The notes beneath the pieces are model-generated. The model ran no database searches, was not told the origin of the DNA, and saw nothing but the letters and a program-made list of their open reading frames with translations. 64,000 nucleotides of DNA from Thelocarpon superellum. Its lineage: Eukaryota. The stretch spans positions 1 to 64,000 of the forward strand of contig JAPEUG010000057.1 in NCBI GenBank assembly GCA_026025795.1. The letters are read 5' to 3'. Shown here one piece after another: positions 22,953-35,077 of the stretch (within the stretch, counting starts at the first letter, position 1; each line of letters opens with the position of its first letter). Both the position numbers and the translations under genes were made by a program.

Positions 22953-25814
22953 CTACGCCGAGCCGCGTTGGAGCGACGTCCCCGCGCTGCTCTTTTCCTC
23001 CTCCTCTTCCTCGTGCTCATGCTCCTCCTCGTTCTCATCATCATCATCATCAACATCATTGACACCCTCCCACGTCGGCTCCTCTGTATGTGCATGGACC
23101 AGACTGTTCCCCTCGTCTCCCGTTTCCCGGTGATCCATCTGCACGGGTCCACTGTGCGGGGTGGCATAGGCAAATGGTGTCCCACTGCGCTTGACGTTGG
23201 ATGCTCCCGCCGCCTGACTCCGGGCGTCCCCCCACGTGATCTCGGAGAAGAAAGGACTTGGGGATTTCAATCTCTTGGGCGTCGAGCTGGGAGAGAAGGA
23301 AGTTCGTCGGCGTTTGATCAGGAGCTTTGGCGCAGGTCCCGTCTCGTGCGAGACCACGCGCCGGGTATGATTGGGGGTGAGCGTCGCGACCCGCGTATCC
23401 GACAGCAGGGGCACCGACACCGTCCGACGCGGTTGCGAGACGAATTCAGAGAGTGGAGAGATGGGCATGGTCCTCGGATAGACGACGGGAGAGGGCGAGC
23501 GGCTCGAGCCAGCCTGGTGGATTGTACGTCCACCCATGGCACTGGCGATCGGGAGAGCCTGCCCTAGCGAGGTGGAATGGCTGAGATCGGATACAAATGA
23601 CGACTCGACGCTGCTGGAAGGATCCAGACGGGGATCCCATTTCCAACATTTCTCCTCCTCTTCATCCGCACCTACCTGATCCGGCGCCGCTCGGCTTGTC
23701 AGCTGCCGTAATCGGGCCCACGTCCATTCGGTCTGGTCGTCACCAAGTTCCTGAAGGTATCCTTGTCGATGGGTGATGTAGAGTCGCCACTGACCGCTCA
23801 TCTTCATCACCACACTGGAGGCGAGGAATTCAGCGGTCCAGAGGGTCGAAGTGGACATTTCGTCGCGGGTCAAGAATTGCAAGCGTGAGTCTTTGTGGAT
23901 CTTGCGAAGCGGGATGAAGGGAGCCCAGATGCCCAGACAGCCCTCTCGCGCCGCCTTCTCCGAGTCTTGTGATACGCTCTCTGCGGCCTCCGAGCCCAAC
24001 TCACCCCGCAAGATCTTGAGCGTGTCGGCAAAGGTGGTCTCGATCGCATGTCGCACATCTCGGGCGCTGTTTCCTGCGATGCGTACATTCTGTACCAAGC
24101 CACGGCTTCGGAGCCGCTGAAAGACCGCACTCTTCACGCCGGGCGCCCGTGCTGACATCCACGCATTGGTCCCGTCAGCCCACCGCCGAATCGCGGCACC
24201 ATCCCACCCGGCGCGCTTGTCGGCGGTCAGATTCGCACTCATTCCCGTAAAGCTCCGTGAACTAGTCCACGCGTCGTTGCCGTCGCTCTCGGTCGACTGC
24301 TTCTGATTCGGATCATTAACGGGCTGCCAGACGTTGCGGAGATGTCGACCCCATGGAAGCACAACGACCTCCAGATGCCACGGACGAGCAACGGAGGGAA
24401 GAGCAGCCGATTGGAGATCGATCACCATAGTTTCGAGCGTCGCTACTCGAGCGAGCAAATGGGTACATTCCATCGTCGTCGCCGCTAGTGCCGACGACGC
24501 CCCCGAGACGGCCGAGGCGCCGTGGAGGGATGAGCCGTGGGAGGCAAATGACTGATCCCTGGTCGCGGGCTCGAGATTGAGCTGGCCAGCCGGCCCTCGC
24601 TCGGGTCGACCATGGTCCACCAGACCTTCCTCGTCGATAACCGCTCGCCATTTTTCATGGTCGTCCAGCTTGCCTTCTGCCTCCGTCACACGACCGTCGA
24701 TCAACTCGAGCCGCTCCGTCACGTCCTCAAAAGGCCCGTTCGAGAAAGATGCATTTTCGAGCACATCCAGTCGTTTGGCGTGGTTGTGTAACGAGGAGAG
24801 TAAGGTCGGATAGGCCGTGAGGTGCGAGGTGAGGGCGTCCAGCCGCGGGAGGAGTTGACGCAGCCATGAGACAAGCGCGTCGGGCGAGTTCGAGATGGCT
24901 CTTGCGGGCGACAATGTCGCGGTCTGATGATGGGTCGATGCGAACGGGGGAGTGTCGGAGAAGAATGCGTTCTCATCCAGTCGACCCAGTCCCCGGTCGA
25001 GACTGTGGATGGAGTGAGGACGGGATGATGGAGAGGGGTCGTGAACCCGGCCAAGCTGCCGGTTGAGCGTCTCGCAATGACCACGAACACTTTTGAGGGT
25101 ACGAGCGACGCCTCGAAGCACTTTGAGATCTGGCGTGCCGAGTTGGCTTGGGGTGTCGATGGAGGGCGCCCGTAAGGGGAATGCGGCGCCATTCGACGTC
25201 TGCGAATCCATGAGACACTGTGGAGGAACCGGTGGAAGTATCGAGGTGCTAGCCAGCGAGTGTGGTTCGCTCCCTCGACCGTCAGAACGAAAGGAATTGT
25301 CGTTGCGTGGGGCTGGCCCTGCAGGGTTATCGGGTGTGGGCCAAAGGAGGCCGTTATCGTCGGAATTTGGGACACTGGTGACCCCGGGGCCGTCGCTGGC
25401 GAAGCTGTGATGAGACGAGAGGTTTTTGTTATTGAATTGGTGACAAGGGGATCTGTGTGATGGCGGGATAGGGTGCGATAGATGGAGCGTGACCGCGGGT
25501 GGGGTCACTGGATCGTGGCCATTCGGAATGGACGAGAGCGTGATAGGACTGTGCGAGCGATGGAAGCAGGCATGATGCCCACACATGCACCATGGGCTGT
25601 CTTGCGATGAAGCACCGCGCGCATCAGGGTCGGGCCAGAAGCGCTGGCATCCACACTGAGGGGCGTCATGCTGGAGCTGGAGATTGCGATAGCTGCATTC
25701 TCCCGCGGGCCGAGGATCCACGGCGGCGGCGGCGGCGGCGGAGGAATCGTGGAAGCGGCCTCGATGATTGTCGAGCGAGGCAGAAGGAGGTAGAAGGTTG
25801 GGCAAAGCTGCCAT
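22953..25814 (-). CDS. Hypothetical protein (953 aa) with an N-terminal Cys/His cluster and a central coiled coil
   Basis: Long intronless ORF with CGCQRF...WCMCGHHACFH, PWHLEVVVLPWG, FIPLRKIHKDSRLQFL and PFAYATPHS. Confidence 0.85.
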   Translation of the reverse strand: MAALPNLLPPSASLDNHRGRFHDSSAAAAAAVDPRPAGECSYRNLQLQHDAPQCGCQRFWPDPDARGASSQDSPWCMCGHHACFHRSHSPITLSSIPNGHDPVTPPAVTLHLSHPIPPSHRSPCHQFNNKNLSSHHSFASDGPGVTSVPNSDDNGLLWPTPDNPAGPAPRNDNSFRSDGRGSEPHSLASTSILPPVPPQCLMDSQTSNGAAFPLRAPSIDTPSQLGTPDLKVLRGVARTLKSVRGHCETLNRQLGRVHDPSPSSRPHSIHSLDRGLGRLDENAFFSDTPPFASTHHQTATLSPARAISNSPDALVSWLRQLLPRLDALTSHLTAYPTLLSSLHNHAKRLDVLENASFSNGPFEDVTERLELIDGRVTEAEGKLDDHEKWRAVIDEEGLVDHGRPERGPAGQLNLEPATRDQSFASHGSSLHGASAVSGASSALAATTMECTHLLARVATLETMVIDLQSAALPSVARPWHLEVVVLPWGRHLRNVWQPVNDPNQKQSTESDGNDAWTSSRSFTGMSANLTADKRAGWDGAAIRRWADGTNAWMSARAPGVKSAVFQRLRSRGLVQNVRIAGNSARDVRHAIETTFADTLKILRGELGSEAAESVSQDSEKAAREGCLGIWAPFIPLRKIHKDSRLQFLTRDEMSTSTLWTAEFLASSVVMKMSGQWRLYITHRQGYLQELGDDQTEWTWARLRQLTSRAAPDQVGADEEEEKCWKWDPRLDPSSSVESSFVSDLSHSTSLGQALPIASAMGGRTIHQAGSSRSPSPVVYPRTMPISPLSEFVSQPRRTVSVPLLSDTRVATLTPNHTRRVVSHETGPAPKLLIKRRRTSFSPSSTPKRLKSPSPFFSEITWGDARSQAAGASNVKRSGTPFAYATPHSGPVQMDHRETGDEGNSLVHAHTEEPTWEGVNDVDDDDDENEEEHEHEEEEEEKSSAGTSLQRGSA

Positions 25815-26762
25815 GGGCAGCTAGCTCTGCCAGCCACGGGGAGATAAATTCAGCATCTACACATTGCGAGAGGCTGCGGCGTCGTCAGCGCCGCTACAGA
25901 GCATCATAACCGTGGCACTGGGATTAAAAACACTCATATTCGACCTAACATACCACGGTTGAGCCAGGCACCCAGCAAGCTAGGCAGTTCGGCAGTTGGA
26001 GCCCTTTGGCGAGACGTGGGAAAAATTGACTCGGATGAGCAAGAGAAGGTAGTCGGCGAGAATGAAAAAGCTCGGGATGAAAGCGACGGATGGAGTCGAC
26101 GAGTCGCAGGCGACAAGGACCGAGGGGATTTACGACTAAGGTGGGTGACCCGTCCTGGGACTCATGGAAGACCGTGGAGCGAATCTGACCTCCGACGATT
26201 ACGAGCGAGCGCCTGCACCCTCAGCAGTACGAGTCTGCGTGAGCAGGTGTGTGCATGCGTAGTGCTCTCCGGGCGCCGCGATTGCCTTTACACCTCCCCG
26301 GCGCCCGTCCCGCGATCCGAGATCAGACGGAAGGGCGCTAGATCTGCAGCCGTTGTTGCTAGGACAGTGGGTCGAGCGCTGCTCAAGGCACCGCAGCGGC
26401 GTGATTGGCGTTGCTGCCGGGATGCAGGCGCGGGGGCTTCCAATGGTGGCCCACGCCAGCCGGCGTCAACGACTCCGCTACTCCACAACGAGCTGTCTGA
26501 CTCTACGCGGACAGCTCGCGTGGCCCCGCCGTGACTCGACACCGTCTGCGTGAGGATTACAGGGCCTACGAACTGAGGTGTCTCGTATCTTTAGGCCGAG
26601 CGACGTGGTTCAGTTTTCTATCTCTTTGCTTCACTTCGCTTGTCTGAGAATCTTAGGATGACATGCCCACGCGCAGATCCACGTTAGCCGCCTCTCCCCG
26701 AATTTCTCGCAGACATTCGGCCCTTGTGTATCCCCAACATCCATGAGCACGGACAGTGTCCT

Positions 26763-26986
26763 TCACCAACCCTCGTTGTCGCAGCGTCCGTTGCCCGCGC
26801 AAGCGGCACCCCAAGTACAATCGTCACTGCTTTTGCACGCTTGTGAAAGCACCCCTTGGGCTAGAGCCATAGCAAACAAGGCGACTATAACGGCTCATCA
26901 GCACGTTGTCTGTGAGGGCAGAATCTTAGATGCCCAGACGAATCCATACCGTAGATTGAACGCAGGGAAATGATCTCGAAATTCAT
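26763..26986 (-). CDS. Small secreted cysteine-rich peptide (52 aa, two exons; not in the ORF track)
   Basis: gccATG at 26986; exon 26986-26950; 65-nt intron GTATGG...GCTGAT...TTATAG; exon 26884-26763. Translation: MNFEIISLRSIYVALFAMALAQGVLSQACKSSDDCTWGAACAGNGRCDNEGW*. Confidence 0.75.
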
Positions 26987-28202
26987 GGCGATGGTCAGAT
27001 AGGTGATCGGTTGATTTGGAAGAGTCAAGAATGAAGCGTCAAGAAAATGCACTTGTCGAGAGTACACAGACTACGGAGGGGCGAGAGAGGAGAAAGATGT
27101 CGATGCGAGGGAAGCTCAGGGCTGCCTTGGAGGTGATGTTGGGCGAAAAGAGGGGGAGAAGAGGATTGAAATACTCCTCCCCAGCTCTTCTGGTATTTCA
27201 TCGCATTGAAGCTTGTAATCGGTCGAAACCTGCGAGCCCTACGGATTCTGGAGGCCTTATGCGGAGACTATCTCTGCCACATATATTTGTGCGGAGAGAA
27301 GGTCGGTGTCATAAAAGACGCATAAGACTTGCATCAACCGACTCAAGGATATAGAGTAGCCTAATCTATAGCATGTTGATGTTTCATGGGACGAGGGCTG
27401 CTTCTCCATGGCCTCCAGAACGTTTCGTCAACTGAAATCGACTGGAACTTATTTGGCGCAGGGAAGGGTTCATGCGTCGCTGGGCAATTAGACATTACGA
27501 AACGTCGGCAGAATCTGGCATGAGATTGACTATCGTACGACTAAGCTCTCTGGCAAGCGATCTAGGGAGCTGGAGTCGGCGAGTGGCGGAAGCCTCAGTC
27601 TCGCACGGCAGAGTCTTTCAGATTCCTCCTTGGTCCTCTAACGAAGTTCTCAATTTCAAGGCAACTTGCGCCCAGGCAACCCATTCACGAGCAGAGACTT
27701 TCAGAGGATGGTCCGGCAGCATTTGCAGCGTTCTCATGCTGCTTCGCAGCGGGGTGAGGGGATCTTGAAAGCATGTCACAAATAAGCGGCGTGTCGAACG
27801 ACACAAACCTTCGTGAATGAGGCATGAAGATTATCATTTCTGAAAAGGACCCTCTCCCTCTCATGCCATGCAAGGCGCTCGAGATGCGGCACCTATGTGG
27901 TGGCCATTATGGACACGGAGCAGAGAGGGCTAATCATTTGGCCATTGACGCAGTCGTCCGGGTCGCCGCTATCCATGTCTCACGGAACAGTCTCCGGCTG
28001 GAGCAGATCCCCGTGGGCGCTCTCCCGGTGCACCTGTCCGAGCGAAACTAGCTGGGTTACGGAGAGGGCCCCGGCTCTGACCTGATCCCTCACAGACCCT
28101 TGATCCATCGCCATGTTTTGGCGGGTCGGGCTTCTGGGCAAGTCTCCGCCACTGTGGCGTTCGCATTGGTCGTTATCGGGTACACGAGATGAAGCTGACT
28201 GT

Positions 28203-29102
28203 CTATAAATCTTTCCGGAACACCTCCGCTCCCCACTTGGGTTCGGTAAGGGATGTCAAGCCCGCCTTGTTCTCGCAACTGCTACGTCCGCTCATCGGGC
28301 CTGCAGGCGGAAGTTCGACCTGGCCTTTCTTCCCCGCCGACTCGCCCGCGGTCTGCTGCGCCGCGTGCTTGAGCGCGTCCAAGAGGCTGGTGATGGAGGC
28401 CGGTGTCAGGTCCTCGTAGTAGTCGTCATTGATCTGAATCATCGGCCCGTTGACGCAGGCTCCGAGGCACTCGACCTCGGTCAGGGTGAAGAGCTTATCT
28501 TCTGTCGTCTGTCCCGCGTGGATTCCGAGGTGTGACTCGATGGCTCTGAGGATGCTGTCCGAGTCACAGAGCTGGCAGGGGGTCTGTCCACGGGGTCAGC
28601 CCGCTCACTGGGAGATTCGGGCGCGCGAGGGCTCACGGTGGTGCAGAGCTGGAGATGATACTTTCCCACCGGACTCCGATTGTACATGGTATAGAAGGTG
28701 GCCACTTCGTACACCCGCATCGGCGGCATCTCCAGGAGCTTGGCCACCTCGTTCATCACGCTGATGGAGGTGAAGCCATGCTGCCGTTGGCCCAGGTCTA
28801 GCAATGGCATGACCGCGGCCTTCTTGTACTGCGGCGGGTACCGCTTGAGGATCTCATCGATCAATCGCTGATTCTTCTGTGAGAATCTAAAGGGAATCGA
28901 GGGATTGTTGTCGGCCGAATCACGGTGCTACATCGAGACTTCGTCAGGGCCGCTCGCAGCGGACGGGAGACCAACGTACCACCTGCAGCGCGTCACTGGC
29001 TACGCGCGCGGTTGCCACCAGATGCCGACGCGGAGGCCGTGAGACCAGTGGCCGGCATCGTGATGCATGTCGCAAGATGTGTGGCATGGCCCTGCTCGTC
29101 AT
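28203..29102 (-). CDS. NDUFV2: NADH:ubiquinone oxidoreductase 24-kDa subunit, mitochondrial
   Basis: Arg-rich presequence; [35 protein letters not shown], and [2Fe-2S] ligands CTTTPC and EVECLGAC; two introns. Confidence 0.97.
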
Positions 29103-30288
29103 GGTTGCAAGTGACGTCTTGTGAGATGGAATCAATGAGCGAAAGTCTCTCGCCGGTTGTTTGATTACATAATCCAACGAGCAGGAGCATCGCACCAATG
29201 CCGTCCAGCCACTCTTAAGATCAGACAGGTGAGGAGACGATGATTGCCTATTGTGGTGCCATTTTGGGAACTCCCCATCCTTAGCCAAAGAACAAGAACA
29301 TGGATTACTGTAGTCAGGACATGTCCCATATCACGTTGTTCGAGCCAGTCGACGTTGACCTGCAACGATAGACCTCTCGGGACAACGCAATCACTTTGCA
29401 GATTAGCAAGAGCGAACACTCCGGTGGCTTCTACCTCGGGAACTTCCGCACGTGCACCTTGTAGGCCGCGTCCCGTTCACGGGGATGAGTCTGTTCGAGA
29501 GGTTATGTGAATCCCCTATGGCGGGACGCCATGGCCAAGGTAACGTCTAACCAGACCCCTTGTTTCACCCGCCACCACGGCTGTCGCAAGATTCGGCCTA
29601 GAAGCGATCTTAGCTACCCAGAAGATGTTAGAGGTTACGGATGCTGTGCATTCATGCCGATCATCGCTCTTTGCCTCTTGATCGCCGAAAATCCAGCGCC
29701 TCTCACCGGGGCCAATTGGGCTCACGCAGGACAACGGACGCGGCCAGCGTCGAAGAGTCCACGATGGGGGTGGGAAATGATCCTTCAGTCGACGTGGCGG
29801 CCATGCTTGTCCGATTACCATCCTCCGCACCACTGGTCGACCAATGGAGGCGACCAGGGTCTCCCCGCACGTGGTGATCGCTCCCTCGATGCCACTTACG
29901 GGTGACCAAGTCACAGTCCTGGTCGAATATCTGTAGGCCCACGCGGTCTGGGGGGGAGAGCTGGATGGGGGCGCTCCCTGGCCACATGGTCCCCTTCTGT
30001 TCCAGGTCATCTATGTAGGCCAAGACCATTGCTACTATTTTGGCACCTGTGTGCATTAAGCCTCCGACGTGGACATCTATGCGGTCGACTCCTGCCCATG
30101 GCCGGCCCATGAGACGTACGTGGGCTTCAGGGTCCTCATGCTCCACCATGCTTCCCACATACTGCGCTCCTCTTCCTCACTCGTGCTCATTGCTTCTCCG
30201 TCCCCTCATATGGCGATAGGACCGCCCAAGCAGTGTCAGCGCGTTCGTCTTCACCAGCTGCTGGTCATTCCGGGGGACACCGGACTCC

Positions 30289-31391
30289 ATGCTGGTCGGA
30301 ATGTCGACTTTCTCTCGAGCCCTCGTCTTTGCGGCGTGTCTGTGGAGCGCGCAAGCCCACAAGGCCTGCTATACGTCCGATGGACAGCTCTCGGCGTCAG
30401 ACTCGCCGTGCAACATCGACGCGAATGAGAGCTTCTGCTGCGGCTTGGGGGAGCTCTGCCTGGCGGGCGGCATGTGCCAGCCGACGGACTCGTCAGCGCA
30501 AAGCGTGACCCGTGCCACCTGCACGGACAGCTCATGGCAGTCGGCGGCCTGTCCTGCATTCTGCACCAACAGTGAGACGAAGTGCTCGAGCTGGACAGCC
30601 TTGTAGCGTCGCTGACCCATCTCATAGTCACGTCGCCAGGCTCGAGCCCTTCCGTGTCCAATTGCGGCTCGGATACCTACTGTTGCGACGCCAACGCTGG
30701 TGACAGCGATTGCTGCTCGAACAACGCCGACCCTCACTACCTCATCTCCTTCAACGACGTGGTCGACTCGACCAATGGATCTGGCATCCCATCAACCTTT
30801 AGCCTCGTCAACAATGGCTTCGTTGGCACTGTGGCAAACCCCAGCTCCGAGGCCCCTCCTTCCTCCAACTCCCTCCCCGCGTCCGCCCCGTCCAACGTCG
30901 GACCCGCCGCTGGCTCGGCCTCCCTTTCTCCGGACCTGGACTCTTATCCCAGTGGCGTCTCTACCCTGCTTCCGACTCCCACCCACCCCGGCCATGGCTC
31001 GACGAAGGACCACAGCGACAAGTCCGGCGCCGATTCCGCCGCCAACTCCGCCGAATCAGACGCCCCCGAAGCGGACCAGGCCCCGGCGGGAAGCATCAGT
31101 AACTCGGCCAAGATCGGCATCATAGTGGGCGGCGTGATCCTCACGCTGATGAATCTGTTCGCGGTGCTACTCATCTTCCAGCGACGGCGCGCGCGACGTC
31201 ACAAAGACAACAAGACGGATCTCGCGACCGCGCTGCACCGGCGCGACATCAGCTACCCCTTCACGAAGGAAGATGCGCTTGATGATCGATATTCCTCGTC
31301 CATCCACGGGAACGAGAACGAGGGCATCATCAAAATCGAACTGGCTCGCCCAGCCGACGCGCATCCCCATCTTATCGGACGGGCAGAGTGA
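30289..31391 (+). CDS. Single-pass membrane protein with a Cys-rich ectodomain and Ser/Pro linker (Mid2-like architecture)
   Basis: Signal peptide; CCGLGELCLAGGMC and RATCTDSSWQSAACPAFC; intron 30572-30627; TM segment IGIIVGGVILTLMNLFAVLLIF followed by QRRRARR. Confidence 0.8.
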
Positions 31392-32805
31392 TTTGGGAAA
31401 AGTGCACCACAGTGAATTTATGATTCTAGCATGCATACATGGGAGTTTCTCGACACGGTTGGTCGTCTTTCGTGCATTGTTCCTTCGGGTCGGAAGGGGT
31501 GACAGCTGGGGCTGCGGCGTTTGTTCATCGCATTGAGACTCTTGCATATGTCTGATACCAGCACGTTCCATTCGCTCATGGCTGGCTCATGCCCTTACCA
31601 TCAGTCGTTATGACTGTTTTCACTATTTTTCATTTCATATCTTGCGATACGATACCCACGGTCATTTGAGCAGCACCTTCACAATCCTTTCAGCGTCCTC
31701 TTTCTCCTCCTACTGCAAGATACCCACATTCGTTTCTACCGAGCGCTATTCATCGGCTAGCTCACCTTGGTCAGGGCGGTATCGGCCGTGAAAACTCAAT
31801 TATCATCTCTGCGTAGCGAGGCACTGTAGCTCCCTGAACCGTGCTTCCAAGCGCTGCCTCTAACCGATGAGAACACTTCCAGAGGAGAGAAAGACAACTG
31901 GCAGACACTAGTCCGTGTACCTCCAACTGTGACTTGCCAGTCAGTAGCAGACGCTCCTTGTACCTTCGAGGTGGCCCCTGCTACTGAAACATTATATTTC
32001 TAGATGTGAGGGAGCGCTCCAGTCAGCCTGCTTACCAGTAATGAACAAGGAACCCCAATTAGCTGGGCTTGTTAGCTGGAGGCCTGGGGTGTACGCAGAT
32101 TAGTGGGTACCAGGGGTACGGGACGAGAAGTGAGAGACACGAGGAGGGGAACGCGGGTCGAAAAGGGTCCAGTTGACAAACGATCGGACTTAAGATGTAG
32201 ATATATATACATACTCTATGAGCTATAGATAGACAGCCACATGAAATAGACGGGTAAGACAGGGAATTCGGGGCGGGGGTGAGTACCCAACCTGGACCGC
32301 TCTCTGCCAAAGCTCCAACCACCAGCACTACCAGAACCGAAAACGAAACGCAAGGGGTGTCCCCCGCGAGAGAGGAAGTAAAAATTGGATATAAAACATC
32401 GAAGCGAAAAGGATCGTAGGAAGGAGGAGCGGAGAAAAGAAGGGGGCGTGACGTTACATGTCGTAGTGTGACGTGCCTCAACTTTGGATCGGCTGCCCTG
32501 TTTCCGTGGTGGAAGAGACGCGGAAAAGAATGTGAGGAAGAAGGGAGGGTGAAGATAGGAAAATAGGAAGGAGGGAGACTTTTTGGTCGCGACCGAAGAG
32601 AGGAGCGAGAAAGGGATCGACCGGCCCATCGCCAAACGAATCGCTAAATGCTGGATCGACAAAGGAGTGAGAGGAACCATAGAGGTGCAGGTGCGAGTGT
32701 GAGAGGGTGAAAATGTCGGGTGGGGTGTGTGGACGGGCCACGGTCCGAGTGTATGTACAAGAGGCATGGGAGCCACGGAAATGGCCAGGACGTTCATGGC
32801 GGTGA

Positions 32806-35077
32806 TCAATATGCCATTCCGCGATATCCGCCCACATTTGGCACAGTTGGTCCGCGGCTCGTGCCCGGACGGAGGGGCGGCACGCTCGAGTAGATGCTGA
32901 CGCTGTCGGAGCTGAGGTCCCGGTGGTGGCCCATGGCGGCCGCGGAGCTTACGAGGTCCTCGGACGACTCGCGACGATAGCCCATGGGCGTCTTGGTGCG
33001 CCGTGGTGGGCTGGACGGGCTAAGGCTCTGGCTGGTGAGATGTTCAGAGACCAATGGGCCCTTGGGCTTTCCGTCCGCATATGTGCCAGGGTCGATGAGC
33101 AGCGAGTTACGTGCGTCGAGCGGCGTCAGGTCGTCCAGGTCACGACTTAGTTTTTCTACCAAAAGTCCGTCAGTGAGTCGTCGGTCAAAGCCGAGATGCA
33201 TCTCACTCACCTGCTTCTTTCCGCTTCTTCCGATGCGGATTCTCACGGCAGCAGATGACGATGGCGTTGACGGTGATGAGGATGGCCAGCAGGCCAGTCA
33301 GGACGGATTGGACCACGATCAAGACCAATCCGGTGATGGTCTTGGTCGTCTGCGAGATGCCCAGCTCCTCGACGAAGACCAGGATGCACACGACCGAGAG
33401 GGCGCGCACAACCTGGATGACGATGTTGATCCAGTTGCCCGACTTGGTCGCGTACGGCCGACACCAGATCAAGAGACCTAGCATCAGCGCCTCGACGATC
33501 AGCTGGCCGCCGCTCTGGAAGAAGCCGTGGCCGTCGCCGGCGGCGATGACGCAGCCGCGGGCGAACATGTAGACGATGGTGGGGATGAAGATCCACCACA
33601 GATTCTTCTTGTACTGATCGTAGAAGAGCGAGTACTTGCGCCACGTCTCCTTGTCCTCGTACAGGCCGGACGGGTCGCCCTCGGTCTGCTTGTACCGTCG
33701 GGCCAGCTGCCAGATGCGGAAGATGAAGAAGCCGAGGACACCGGTGAAGATGGCGAGACTCACGCCGGCCAGCAGCTTGGCCGCCCACGAGTCGCCGTGC
33801 GTGAGCTCGTACACACAGTAGAGCGACCAGAGGCCGTAGAGGAGCAGGATCAAGTTGACGATGGTGCGCGCCAGCAGACCCCAGTATCGCTTGCGAAAGC
33901 CGGTGAGTCGCTTGGGAAAGGAGCCGAAGAGCGCCCACACCTCCAGGATGAGCTTGAACAGGAGGATGCCGGCCGTGACGGCCGCGACGACGATGGCGAA
34001 GATGAGGAGCACCGTCATGAAGGTGTTGGCCTGGGGAATCTCAAGCTGCTCGACATAGCCCTGGATGCCGTGGACGACCTGGAGCGGCTTGCTGTTGGAG
34101 CTGTTTCCGCTCGCGCCGGGGGCACCGGACTGCGAGCCATTGACGCTGGTTGACACGTCGCGCGCGATCACGGTGGTGGAATGAAGGAGGCGGTGGATGG
34201 CACGGCGCGACACACTGGGAGTGGTGCTGTTGCCGCCATCGTCGCCTTGGAAAACCAGGGTGGCATTTTGCAGGTAGGCGACGCTGTTGGCCGTCAGATT
34301 GCCGCCCGTGTTGTTGCGGAAGCTATCGATGGAGCTCTGCAGCTGTGTCCAGGAGACGAGACCACCGCTGAAGGCAAAGTTCTTGGAGAAGCTCCGGTAC
34401 AGGGGCGGGTAGTTGACGCTCAGCATGCCATTCATGGCCATGGAGCTGAACCATCCAAACGTCGTGCCAAACCCCGGACTTGGCGCGCCAGCCCCCGTTA
34501 CGCCGGCGGCGGAGAAGGCCGAAACGCCCGACATGACCAGGGCGGAAACGCTGATGCCGGCGGCGATGTAGGAGATGGCGGGGATCTCGATAGTCTTGCC
34601 GTTGGAGACGTCAGACTCGATGCACGCCAGGGATTGGCCGCCATCGGTGCTCTTGAGCTCCAGTTTGGCCTGGCCATCGAGGTCGGGGATCTGGAAGGCG
34701 ATGGAGGGAATCATGTCGGCATAATTGGGCGGAATGTTTTGCGAGCCGTGGGCGCCAAAGTTGCCGGCAGGCACGGGACACAGCTGATCGACCTTGGTGT
34801 TGGGATCGCAGGGGTCAAAGTCCTTCTGGTAGACCTGGTTGCCATACGCCGTGACGGTCAAGGACGCGGTGACGTTGTGAACGGCAGCACTCGAGCCGGC
34901 GACGTCGAAGGACACAGTATTGTTCACGCGACTGTACTCGACATCAAGCTGGTTGACCTGGATCTCGGCACCCTGCAGACAGGTGTTGAAGCCCGTGGTC
35001 TGCAGGACATCGGTGGCCAGCACGGGCGCCGATACCGTCGCGAGAAGCACCAGGCTCCGTCGCAGCAGGCCCCGCAT
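32806..35077 (-). CDS. FLC/Pkd2-family TRP-like membrane protein (flavin carrier family)
   Basis: Signal peptide; ML-like TRP_N domain (FDPC...LCPVP, IAFQIPDLDG, LACIES); NGMLSVNYPPLYRSF; multiple TM helices; intron 33210-33156. Confidence 0.92.

Noticed and set aside
29507..30160. Several overlapping 130-165 aa ORFs between NDUFV2 and the Cys-rich membrane protein
   Set aside because: No coding signature or motifs; most likely divergent promoter sequence.
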